The position numbers were made by a program, and so were the translations under genes. Positions 1-8,501 of a DNA stretch of 64,000 bases are shown piece after piece. The notes below the pieces were generated by a model that was not told the origin of the DNA, made no database searches, and saw only the letters and a list, made by a program, of their open reading frames with translations. Position 1 is the stretch's first letter. Every line of letters begins with the position of its first letter. Source of the DNA: Leptospirillum sp. (lineage in GTDB: Bacteria > Nitrospirota > Leptospirillia > Leptospirillales > Leptospirillaceae). The DNA lies in assembly GCA_027343785.1 (NCBI GenBank), contig DAHWKF010000022.1, positions 993-64,992 on the forward strand, in the 5' to 3' direction.

Positions 1-662
1 CGACCGTTATGCCAATATCCCTTCAGAAGTTCGGACAGGATCCATGTCTCCAGAATCGCCCCGGACATGGCTCCGGCTTCGAGCGTTTCCGGGCTGGACC
101 ATTCCGTCAGGTAAGAACAAAGACCGGTATCCAGAAAATACAGCTTCGGGGATTTCACCAATCTCCTGGTGATGTTGTTATGGTAGGGTTCCAGAAGATA
201 AACGATTCCGGAACTCTGGAGAATGGATATCCAGCTTTTGGCGGTATTGAATCCGATATCGGCATCCCGGGCCAACTCTGCCATATTCAGCAACTGGGCG
301 CTTCTGGCCGCTGAAGCCCTCAGAAAACGGAGAAAGGCCATTTCGTCGCCGACTCTGGCCAAGTCCCGAACATCCCGTTGCAAATAGGTCTGGACATAAG
401 AACCATAAGGCAAAAGCTCTGATGCGTACTGGATTTCATCGATCAGGACCGGTGGAGTAAACCGCTGGAAAAACAAGGCCGGATCCTCTTTCGCCAGTTC
501 CCGGATACCAGGGTCGTCGAGCGTGACATACTCTCTTCCTCCTCGACTCAAGTGCTGGAGAAATGTTGTTTTTCCGACCTGCCTTGCTCCTGTGACCAAC
601 AGGACCGGAAACTGTTCCGAAGCAGATTTCACAAAGGGTTCGATCGTGCGGGGAACATACAT
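1..662 (-). pseudogene. AAA_14/DUF4143 ATP-binding protein, internally deleted, runs off window edge
   Basis: Manual translation MYVPRTIEPF...GARQVGKTT (Walker A)...LIDEIQY (Walker B) joined directly to SYVQTYLQRDVRDL...KSPKLYFLDTGL. Confidence 0.75.
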
Positions 663-680
663 CGGGAGATTCTCCAAGTC

Positions 681-717
681 TTCGGCTAAATTTACTTTGT
701 ACTGCAATTTAGCCGAA
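681..717. promoter_or_regulatory. 12-bp perfect inverted repeat upstream of ATPase gene, putative operator
   Basis: TTCGGCTAAATT-N13-AATTTAGCCGAA, 18 bp before the ATG. Confidence 0.5.
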
Positions 718-1053
718 TACAGGAGGAAGATCGAGCCAGACAGCATTCTTGTCCGCGGTGATCCAAAACGGAAAAAGAGTTGGCGAATCAGGATGATAAG
801 GTGAGTCCACCTTTCGGTTCATCAGCCTCTTTGCCTCCAACCCTGAACTCTCCCGTTGGTCGGAAGTCTTTGGAGATTCCTCCCTGACAAAGGCTCTTCC
901 GGATCGACCGACCTATCATTCCTCTCCCGGTTTTTCAGGAAAAATCTTGACCAGGAACCAGTCAGTATGGAGGAACACCCATTCGGTTGGGAAAAGGGTC
1001 AGACCTTGCAGAATCAAAGATAATCCCGCAAGTGATCCCGAGGGAGAACCCAT

Positions 1054-2177
1054 TCATTCAATCTCTAAATCAAAAGTGAATCAATAATCCAGGGCCATGA
1101 AACAATGGAGCGGACCATCTCGGAAGATCCTTCCATTGAGCGAAGCCCTGTTTCCAAATGATCTTCCAGCGCCTCAAGACTGTCAAAGACCCGGTTATGG
1201 AACCACTTTTCCCGAAGCTCATCCCAGAGGTGCTCGACCGGATTGAGTTCCGGGGAATAGGGAGGAAGGGTCAAGAGTCGCATGTTTTCCGGAATCACCA
1301 GGTCCTGATTCCGGTGCCACCCGGCCCCGTCCATCACCATGACCCATCGGTCCTCCGGGTACCGGGCCGCCACTTCATCCAAAAAGATCTGCATGCAGGT
1401 TCCGTTGACGTGCGGCAGGATCAGGCTGTCCAAGGCGCCTTCCGGAACGGAAACGACTGCATATGCATAGGTGTATTCCTGGGAGACCTCCGTGGCCACC
1501 ACCGGTCGGTGGGGACGCGGACACCAGCACCGCCGGGTTCCGGAGATCCGTCCAAACCGGGCTTCGTCCTGGAACAAGAGGTGCAGGGTTCCCTTTCGTT
1601 TCCACTCCCGGTCGATTCCCTTGAGCGTGTCGTTCAGTTTTTTTTCCAGTCTTCCTGGACCAGAGGGTCCGACTTCCGGTGTCGTTTGTCAGGAGCCAGC
1701 TTCCTCCAGCCATGACGGTGCAGCAGATTGTAGACCGAGGCGAGGGCAACCTGTCGTTCCAACCGGTTTTCCAGAGCGGTTTTGATCTCCGTGACGATCA
1801 GCACGCCTCCGCTTTGCGCCTTTTCCAGAAACGGGGCCAGGAATTCGGCCTCCTGCTCTCGGGTCAGGTTCTCGCGCCGCCGTCCTCCGCGCGAAGGCCG
1901 GTTCCCCCATCCTCCTTCTTTCAGGAACCGCCGTCTCAACTGGCAGGCCCATCCGGTGGAAACCCCGATCGCCTGGGCCGTTTGTTTCAGGGATAATCCA
2001 AAGGTCAAGGGCAGGAGGACGGACTGAGCCTGCCTCAACTCTTCCACCGTCTGAGCCTGAACGAGACACTCTTTCGCTTTCTCCAGGACCTCCTGTCCAG
2101 TGGCTTTCCGTGTCATCATCGCACCTCCTTTCGAGTGGTGCGATGATTATTTCATTTTTGATTTAAAAATTAAATAA
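1054..2177 (-). mobile_element. IS630-family insertion sequence
   Basis: Two-ORF transposase; imperfect AT-rich terminal IRs (TCATTCAATCTCTAAATCAAAAGTGAA vs TTCATTTTTGATTTAAAAATTAAATAA). Confidence 0.8.
1065..2119 (-). CDS. IS630 transposase; orfA (HTH, 2119-1634) and orfB (DDE) joined by -1 frameshift
   Basis: FQDEARFG, VMDGAGWH, LPPYSPELNPVEHLW motifs; A8 run at 1638-1645. Confidence 0.9.
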
Positions 2178-2192
2178 GATGCCGTCATTTTA

Positions 2193-2472
2193 TCACAAGG
2201 GCCCCCTTCTTCCTGACTGATCGAACCCGACGGATACCACGGATCCCGGCGATGGATGGATTGACCGGATGAGACCCCGCCTTTCCAGGTCTGACAGGTT
2301 TCTGTCAATCGTTTCCCGCGAGAGTTCCATATATTCCGGAATTACGGATGGGGACGGCCAGCAGGTCCCATCGGGTCCGGCATGAGTGCCCAGACAGAAC
2401 AAGATCAGTTTTTGTGTTGGAGAAAGCCCCCCGGACGCTCCGGAGGGCCCCGTCCATTGTCTGAAAGCTCAT
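2193..2472 (-). pseudogene. Frameshifted, truncated winged-HTH protein resembling the N-terminus of a phage/plasmid replication protein
   Basis: GGAGGAG RBS; MSFQTM...NTK/LILFCLGTHAGPDGTCWPS...LSRETIDRNLSDLERRGLI; frameshift at A5 run 2409-2413. Confidence 0.55.
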
Positions 2473-2543
2473 CTGCTCCTCCCGGGATGGGAAAGATCGT
2501 CTGCTCTTTTCATGATTCACCATCCACTTGAAGAGAATTTCGC

Positions 2544-2572
2544 TTGCCAACAATAACGCAATACGTTATTAT
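2544..2572 (+). promoter_or_regulatory. higBA sigma70 promoter with palindromic operator
   Basis: TTGCCA-N17-TATTAT; AATAACG-N5-CGTTATT at 2552-2570. Confidence 0.7.
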
Positions 2573-2578
2573 CGATTC

Positions 2579-2860
2579 ATGATCAAATCGTTCAAGGACC
2601 GGGAGACCCAAAAGGTCTTTGAAGGACAGCATTCCAGCAAGCTCCCGCAGCATCTGACCCGGACCGCGGAAAGAAAGTTGCGGATCCTCCACCGCGCGGG
2701 TTCGTTGGGCGATCTTCGTATTCCTCCGGGAAATCGCCTGGAAACTCTGAAAGGCGACAGGAAAGGACAATGGAGTATCCGGATCAACGACCGGTTTCAC
2801 ATCTGTTTTGTGTGGACGGATAAAGATGCCCATGATGTGGAGATCGTCGATTACCATTAG
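2579..2860 (+). CDS. higB: HigB (RelE/ParE-family) toxin
   Basis: MIKSFKDRET...PPGNRLETLKGDRKGQWSIRINDRFHICF...EIVDYH. Confidence 0.92.
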   Translation: MIKSFKDRETQKVFEGQHSSKLPQHLTRTAERKLRILHRAGSLGDLRIPPGNRLETLKGDRKGQWSIRINDRFHICFVWTDKDAHDVEIVDYH

Positions 2861-2875
2861 GGCAGGAGAAACAAG

Positions 2876-3166
2876 ATGAGAGACTATCCTCCGATTCATC
2901 CGGGAGAAATTCTTCTGGAAGAATTCTTGAAACCCATGAATCTGAGCCAGTATCGACTGGCGAAGGACATTCATGTTCCGCCCCGGCGCATCAATGAGAT
3001 CGTGAAGGGAAAAAGGGCCATCACGGCGGACACGGCCCTTCGATTGTCCAGGTTCTTCGGAATGTCGGAAGGCTTTTGGCTCGACCTTCAATCGGACTAC
3101 GACCTGGAAAAGACCAGGGAAAATCTCCATGAGGAGATGGACCGCATCAAACCGTTGTCGGCATAG
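2876..3166 (+). CDS. higA: HigA antitoxin
   Basis: PIHPGEILLEEFLKP...RINEIVKGKRAITADTALRLSRFFG...FWLDLQ. Confidence 0.93.
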   Translation: MRDYPPIHPGEILLEEFLKPMNLSQYRLAKDIHVPPRRINEIVKGKRAITADTALRLSRFFGMSEGFWLDLQSDYDLEKTRENLHEEMDRIKPLSA

Positions 3167-3732
3167 TGGACTTTGCCCCGCTCCTCTTCGATCTGTCGAC
3201 CGTGTCGGGAACCACGATCCGGGAACGCTCGGCCCATGCGGAAACGGTGGTCGTCCTCACCTTCCTGAAATACGCTTTTTCCGGGTCGGTCGAGGACGTT
3301 CTCCGCGCCCTGAAAGAGACGGGCGGATCGTTCGATGAAACGTTCCTGTTTGGTGTGCTAAATTATGCCATCAGGGCTTTTGAGGTGAAGGATCCTGTGG
3401 TTGTCGATGCGATTCCCCGACGTTTTGGAGGAGAAAAAATCATGCCGAGCATTATCGACGAATGGGTGGAAGAAGGACTGAAAAAAGGCCGGGAAGAAGG
3501 CCAGAGAAAGACGATCGGAAAGCTTCTGGCGAAAGGGGTCCTTTCTGTTTCCGCGATTGCCTCAGCTCTTGAAGTGGATCCCCGGTGGGTGGAGCAGATC
3601 CGGAAGGAACTCGATGATCTGTTCCCTCCCTCCGAGTCTAGTTGCATTTGGGTCGCTTTTGGTCGATCAATCCTCTATACAAGTGTTGATGTTTTGAATT
3701 CTGAAAAATATACTGGTCCAAGACTGGTCTGA
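3166..3732 (+). pseudogene. C-terminal remnant of Rpn/YhgA-like putative transposase
   Basis: IMPSIIDEWVEEGLKKGREEG followed by HTH-like tail; N-terminal nuclease domain absent. Confidence 0.6.
3686..3730 (+). promoter_or_regulatory. phd-vapC promoter and operator repeats
   Basis: TTGATG-N17-TATACT; ACTGGTC at 3712 and 3723, the second inside AGAC-TG-GTCT. Confidence 0.55.
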
Positions 3733-3746
3733 ATGGAAGGAATCGG

Positions 3747-3986
3747 ATGGAAACCGTTGGAGCTTACGAAGCCAAAACACACCTTACCCAGCTTCTGGAT
3801 CGGGTCGCCAAAGGCGAAAAAATCACGATTACCAGACACGGGATCCCGGTGGCAACCCTTCAATCCGTGGGTCTTTCGAAAAAGGCCTCTGTTCGGGATA
3901 CCATCGACCAGTTGAAGGCGTTCCGGAGCGGTCATCTCCTTGACGGAATATCGGTCAGGGAAATGATTGAAGAAGGGAGACGATGA
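3747..3986 (+). CDS. Phd/YefM-family antitoxin
   Basis: VGAYEAKTHLTQLLDRVAKGEKITITRHGIPVA. Confidence 0.92.
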   Translation: METVGAYEAKTHLTQLLDRVAKGEKITITRHGIPVATLQSVGLSKKASVRDTIDQLKAFRSGHLLDGISVREMIEEGRR

Positions 3987-4417
3987 TCTCCGCCCGATTT
4001 GTTGTCGACAATTCGATTGTCATGGCATGGTGTTTCGAAGATGAAAGGAATGAGTACGCAGACTCCGTCCTCGAATGTCTGGCAGCCGGAGAAGCGTTCG
4101 TGCCTGCCATCTGGCCCCTGGAGGTCGGGAATGTCTTGCTCGTGGCGGAACGGAAAAGGCGTTTGAGCGAGGCCTCAATCATTCGTTTCCTGGCTCTTGT
4201 GAACAATCTGCCGATCACGGTCGAACAGGAAACCCCTGAAAGAATGCTCAAGGAGATCGTTTCGCTTGCACGGGAGAACGGACTTTCCACTTATGATGCC
4301 TCCTATCTGGATCTGGCCATGAGGCTCGGTCTGCCTCTTTCGACAAAGGACAAGGTTTTACTGAAAGCTGCGAAGAAATGCCAGATTCCTGTCTTCGCGC
4401 CCTCCGGTTCACACTGA
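3983..4417 (+). CDS. vapC: VapC PIN-domain toxin
   Basis: FVVDNS, WPLEVGN, LSTYDASYLDLA, TKD; ATGA overlap with antitoxin. Confidence 0.92.
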   Translation: MISARFVVDNSIVMAWCFEDERNEYADSVLECLAAGEAFVPAIWPLEVGNVLLVAERKRRLSEASIIRFLALVNNLPITVEQETPERMLKEIVSLARENGLSTYDASYLDLAMRLGLPLSTKDKVLLKAAKKCQIPVFAPSGSH

Positions 4418-4468
4418 AACCCAAACTGTCCAGAAAAATGATATCCTGTTGTCAGGATTTTATCCCAA

Positions 4469-4823
4469 GGAGAGCCCGAGGCCATTTTCGTTTCTGCTGC
4501 ACTAAAAGATACGAAAATAGCCTCTCCTTCTCTGCTTTCCCTCGAAGTGACAAATATATTTCTTGAGAAAATCCGGCGCCATTCCGGTCAGCAGGAAATG
4601 ATCCGAAATGCCTTTTGGTTCTTTTTTCGATTGAATATCGACAAATCGATTCGATTGTTCATCTGTCTTGTTTCTGGCCGAACAGACAGGACTCACAGCC
4701 ATTGATGCCAGTTATTTATGGGTGGCACAAAAACTGGGAGTGGACCTTTTGACATTGGACAAAGCACTGGAAAACGCCTTCCGGACGATCAAAAATCGGG
4801 AGCCCGGAACAGAGCAGACGTGA
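4469..4823 (+). pseudogene. Second PIN/VapC toxin, 5'-truncated and frameshifted
   Basis: GEPEA...SPSLLSLEVTNI...; after a frameshift near 4645, LAEQTGLTAIDASYLWVAQKLGVDLLTLDKAL. Confidence 0.65.
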
Positions 4824-5094
4824 ACGAGACAACAGATGCTCTCTCCCCAACCCGGTCTCCCGCCGTTCGGACGCTGAACGTCTGGCGACTCTCCGCCCCG
4901 TACACTTGAACATGCTGCGGAAATCGCCGGAGTCCTCGACCCCGATAGCCGCCGGTTCCTGAACATTGAAGGAGAAACAGGAGCAAACCTTTGTGGACAG
5001 GAAGAAAATCCCTTTTTCCCGGGAGGAACTTCAGTTAAACCGAATGTATGGTCCCTGGCGATAGGTCAAGCGTTTTTCCGGACCGGATGAAAGA

Positions 5095-5250
5095 AATGGG
5101 TGCCGCAATGTATTCGGCCTCTTTGTGGACAAAGTTTGTGTCCGGGCCCTGATGAATTTCGCGCGCCCTCGTCCTCATTAGTTCCAAGGTCTCGAAGACC
5201 GTTCGGTTTATCGGGTTCTCGAGAGCGCGGGCATGCCCGTTCGGTCATCA
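5095..5250 (-). ncRNA. Bridge/seek RNA of the IS1111 element (boundaries approximate)
   Basis: 10-bp stem 5220-5229/5162-5171 enclosing guides that match both insertion flanks; second loop carries AUACAU, complementary to the donor junction. Confidence 0.8.
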
Positions 5251-5354
5251 CGGTCGATCCGCCGCTTGCACTCCTTGGCAGGGAGTTCCTTTTGCCATTC
5301 CTCGACTTCTACAGGGTGATCGACAATCTTGCCGGTTCCCGACGGGGTGCGGTT

Positions 5355-6371
5355 TCAGGCCGGCATCCGGTATTCTCCGTCCCGGGACAGCAGGGCAAAG
5401 ACGACCCGCGCGTTCTTGTTCGCCAGGGCGACCGCAGCCTTGTTGGCGCCCCGTTCGGTCGCGAGCCGCCGGATCCATTGTCCCAGGGGATCCGTTCGTC
5501 CCTCGGAGAGCCGGACCACCGATCGGGCTCCATGGATGAGAAGCGTCCGGAGACTCCGGTCCCCCCGTTTCGAGATCCGTCCCAGGCGGTTCTTGCCTCC
5601 GCTCGAGTTCTGCCGGGGCACGAGTCCCAGCCAGGCGGACAGATGCCGTCCGTTCTCGAAGAAAGAAATACCCGGAAGAGTCGCGACCAGGGCCACGGCC
5701 GTGATCGGTCCGATCCCGGGCACCCGGGACAGTTTTTGGCACACCGCGTGGGCCTTGTGCAGCCGGGCCACCCGTTTGTCCGCTTCCGCGATCCGGCGTT
5801 CCAGGTCCTTCAGGTGGTCCCGGAGTTCCCGGAAGGTCTCCCGGGCCAACGAGGTCAACGGAGAATCCTCCCCGTCCAGAACTTTCGCCAGCTCCGGGAG
5901 GACCTTCTTCGCTCCCCGGGGAAAGACGATTCCCAGCTCGGACAAGAGCCCCCGGATCTGGTTGACGAGCGCCGTCCGCTGCTTGACGAGAAGATCCCGC
6001 ACGGTGAGGAGCGCCTTCATGTCCTGCTGGTCCACCGTCTTCACCGGCACGAACCGCATATGGGGCCGGGTCACCGCTTCGCAGATCGCAGCCGCGTCCC
6101 GGCCGTCGTTTTTGTTGGTCTGGACGTAGGGCTTCACATATCGGGCGTGCATCAGCTTCACCGTGTGTCCCATCGTTTCGAACTCCCGTCCCCAGTGGTG
6201 GGCTCCGCCGCAGGCCTCCATGCCGATCGTGCAGGGCGGAAGCTTCCGGACTTCCTGCAACAATTTGCTCCGCGTCACCTTCTTGTCGAGGACGGTCTTT
6301 CCGCGTTCGTTCACCCCATGCAGATGAAAAATGGACTTTGCGATGTCGATTCCAAGTGTTGTAACCTTCAT
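5355..6371 (-). CDS. IS110/IS1111 DEDD recombinase (338 aa)
   Basis: GIDIAK, GMEACG, KNDGRDA, PGIGPITA, GLVPRQNSSGGK; AAGGAGG RBS. Confidence 0.95.
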   Translation of the reverse strand: MKVTTLGIDIAKSIFHLHGVNERGKTVLDKKVTRSKLLQEVRKLPPCTIGMEACGGAHHWGREFETMGHTVKLMHARYVKPYVQTNKNDGRDAAAICEAVTRPHMRFVPVKTVDQQDMKALLTVRDLLVKQRTALVNQIRGLLSELGIVFPRGAKKVLPELAKVLDGEDSPLTSLARETFRELRDHLKDLERRIAEADKRVARLHKAHAVCQKLSRVPGIGPITAVALVATLPGISFFENGRHLSAWLGLVPRQNSSGGKNRLGRISKRGDRSLRTLLIHGARSVVRLSEGRTDPLGQWIRRLATERGANKAAVALANKNARVVFALLSRDGEYRMPA

Positions 6372-6562
6372 TGATGGTCCCTCCTTCTTGAGACGTCCTT
6401 GGGAAGTTGCCTGTTCCCATTTTGGCCCTCTGAGGCCGTGATGCCAAGAAGCCAGGGACCATTCCATTAGTTCCATTTCCTGACGTGTCTTATCTCGTTC
6501 CTGGAAAAGGAAAAATGTTTCCTTTTAGTTAAAAATGTAGGCAGAATAATAGTTAATAAATC

Positions 6563-6591
6563 TTGACATAAATTAATTGATATCATATTAT
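6563..6591 (+). promoter_or_regulatory. IS1634 transposase promoter
   Basis: TTGACA-N17-TATTAT, ATG 6 nt downstream. Confidence 0.65.
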
Positions 6592-6597
6592 TGTAGT

Positions 6598-8355
6598 ATG
6601 AATAAGAAGAGCGCGGCTGTTCATCTCGTCCGGATCCGGAAGCCCCATAAGGGGAAGGTCTACACCTCCGTCCTGCTCCGTCGAAGCTTTCGGGACGGGA
6701 AGAAGGTCCGCTCCGAAACCCTGGCCAACTTGTCCTCCCTCCCGGAGGAAACGATCGACCTTATCGAACTGTCCCTGAAGGGCGCTCCCCTGGGACGCCT
6801 GGACGAATCGATCACGGTCGTCCGAACCCTTCCCCACGGGCACGTGGCGGCGGTTCTGGGAACCCTGCGGGAGAGCGGACTGGAGACGCTGCTGGGGTCC
6901 CGGAGAAGCCGGGAGCGGGATCTGGCGGAGGCGCTGATCGTGCAGCGGGTCCTCTCTCCGGCCTCGAAACTGGCCACGGCCCGGGACCTAGGAACACAGA
7001 CGGCCAAGAATACCCTGGGGGAGGTGCTGGGGGTCTCCGACTCCACGGAGGACGAGCTGTACACAGCGATGGACCGTCTTCTTCTCCGGAAGGACCGGAT
7101 CGAAAAGGGCCTGGCGGAGGCGCATCTCCGGGACGGGACGCTGGTGCTGTACGATGTCTCCGGAAGCTACTACACCGGGACCCACTGCGAGCTGGCACAG
7201 TACGGCCACAACCGGGACGGGAAGAAGCGGTTCCCCCAGATCGTGTACGGGCTTCTGTGCGCGCCTTCCGGCTGTCCGGTGGCGATCGAGGTGTTCGAGG
7301 GGAACACCGCCGACCCGAAGACGCTGGAGGTCCAGATCAACACGCTCCGGAAACGGTTCGGCCTCGCCCGGGTGGTGCTGGTGACCGACCGGGGGGTCCT
7401 GACCCAGACGCAGATCGACCGGGTCCGGACGATCGAAGGCTTTGACTGGGTCACCGCCCTCCGGTCTCCCTCCATCGCCAAGCTCCGGGAGCAGGGAACA
7501 ATCCGGCATTCCCTCTTCGACGAGCGGAACCTGGCCGAAGTGACCTCTCCCGACTTTCCGGGGGAGCGGCTCGTCGTCTGCCGGAACCCCTTCCTGGCGG
7601 AAGAACGGACGGAGAAGAGAGAAGAACTTTTGAAGGCGACCGAGAAGGACCTGGACACGATCGTCGCGGCCACGAAGCGGGAGAAGCGGCCTCTGAAGGG
7701 AGAGGCCGCCATCGCCCTTCGCGTGGGACGGTGGGTGAACCGGCACAAGATGGCCAAGCATTTCGAGCTGACGATCGCCGACACCGCCTTCTCCTACCGC
7801 CGGAAGGAGGAGGCCATCCGGGAGGAGGCGGCGCTGGACGGGTTGTATGTCATCCGGACCTCCGTGCCGAAGGAGTCAATGACCGCGGAGGAAGCGGTGG
7901 GGGCCTACAAGAGCCTTTCCCAGGTGGAACGGGCGTTCCGGAGTTTGAAGACGGTCGACCTTGAGATCCGGCCCATTTACCACCGTCTCTCCGACCGGGT
8001 GAAGGCCCACGTCTTCCTGTGCATGCTGGCCTATTACGTGGAATGGCAGATGAAACGGAAACTCGCCCCGCTTTTGTACGCGGAGGAGGATTGGGAGGGA
8101 GCCACGGCCAACCGGGAGTCGATCGTGGCACCCTCCGTCCCCTCCGACAAGACCCGGAAAAAGGCCGAGACCCACCGGACGGAAGACGGCTTTCCGGTGC
8201 AGAGCTTCCGGTCGCTGCTCTCTGACCTGGGAACCCTGTGCCGGAACGTCATGAGAACCGGAACGGAAGGGGGAAGCGAGTTCTTCATGCTGACCCAACC
8301 TTCGCCCCTGCAGGAAAAGGCGTTTTCCCTGCTGGGGCTCTCCCCGAACCTGTAG
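6598..8355 (+). CDS. IS1634-family DDE transposase
   Basis: VLYDVSGSY, VFEGNTAD, LVTDRG, YKSLSQVERAFRSLK, RPIYHR, HVFLCMLAY. Confidence 0.93.
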   Translation: MNKKSAAVHLVRIRKPHKGKVYTSVLLRRSFRDGKKVRSETLANLSSLPEETIDLIELSLKGAPLGRLDESITVVRTLPHGHVAAVLGTLRESGLETLLGSRRSRERDLAEALIVQRVLSPASKLATARDLGTQTAKNTLGEVLGVSDSTEDELYTAMDRLLLRKDRIEKGLAEAHLRDGTLVLYDVSGSYYTGTHCELAQYGHNRDGKKRFPQIVYGLLCAPSGCPVAIEVFEGNTADPKTLEVQINTLRKRFGLARVVLVTDRGVLTQTQIDRVRTIEGFDWVTALRSPSIAKLREQGTIRHSLFDERNLAEVTSPDFPGERLVVCRNPFLAEERTEKREELLKATEKDLDTIVAATKREKRPLKGEAAIALRVGRWVNRHKMAKHFELTIADTAFSYRRKEEAIREEAALDGLYVIRTSVPKESMTAEEAVGAYKSLSQVERAFRSLKTVDLEIRPIYHRLSDRVKAHVFLCMLAYYVEWQMKRKLAPLLYAEEDWEGATANRESIVAPSVPSDKTRKKAETHRTEDGFPVQSFRSLLSDLGTLCRNVMRTGTEGGSEFFMLTQPSPLQEKAFSLLGLSPNL

Positions 8356-8439
8356 TCAGAACCTGCAGGTTCAAAAAATGGCGAAATACCAGATCTGCCG
8401 CCTTTTTTTTGGGTTTGTCCATTTGGAAGTTTAGTTTAG

Positions 8440-8501
8440 TATAAAGTGGCGCTATAATCTAATCGCGCCATATAAAGTGGCGCTATAATCTAATCGCGCC
8501 A
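8440..8501. repeat. Perfect 31-bp tandem repeat x2 with internal palindrome
   Basis: TATAAAGTGGCGCTATAATCTAATCGCGCCA twice; TGGCGC-N12-GCGCCA. Confidence 0.9.

Larger units (their letters stand above)
5045..6469 (-). mobile_element. IS110 family, IS1111-type element (1425 bp)
   Basis: Perfect 12-bp sub-terminal IRs ATGGTCCCTGGC (5048-5059) and GCCAGGGACCAT (6451-6462), set 3 and 7 nt from the ends; internal partial IR 6374-6382; long downstream non-coding end; no TSD. Confidence 0.9.
5035..8439 (+). mobile_element. IS1634-family element whose left IR is interrupted by the IS1111
   Basis: Rebuilt left end TTAAACCGAAGTTCC vs reverse complement of right end 8425-8439, CTAAACTAAACTTCC (11/15). 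Confidence 0.72.

Noticed and set aside
3631..3650. Possible IS end truncating the Rpn remnant (also 4420-4440)
   Set aside because: No matching partner end or TSD identified.
5100..6462. Long alternative ORFs (424, 404, 266 aa) over the IS110
   Set aside because: Shadow frames of a GC-rich gene with no recognisable motifs.
8440..8501. CRISPR array
   Set aside because: Two contiguous repeats, no spacers, no cas genes.
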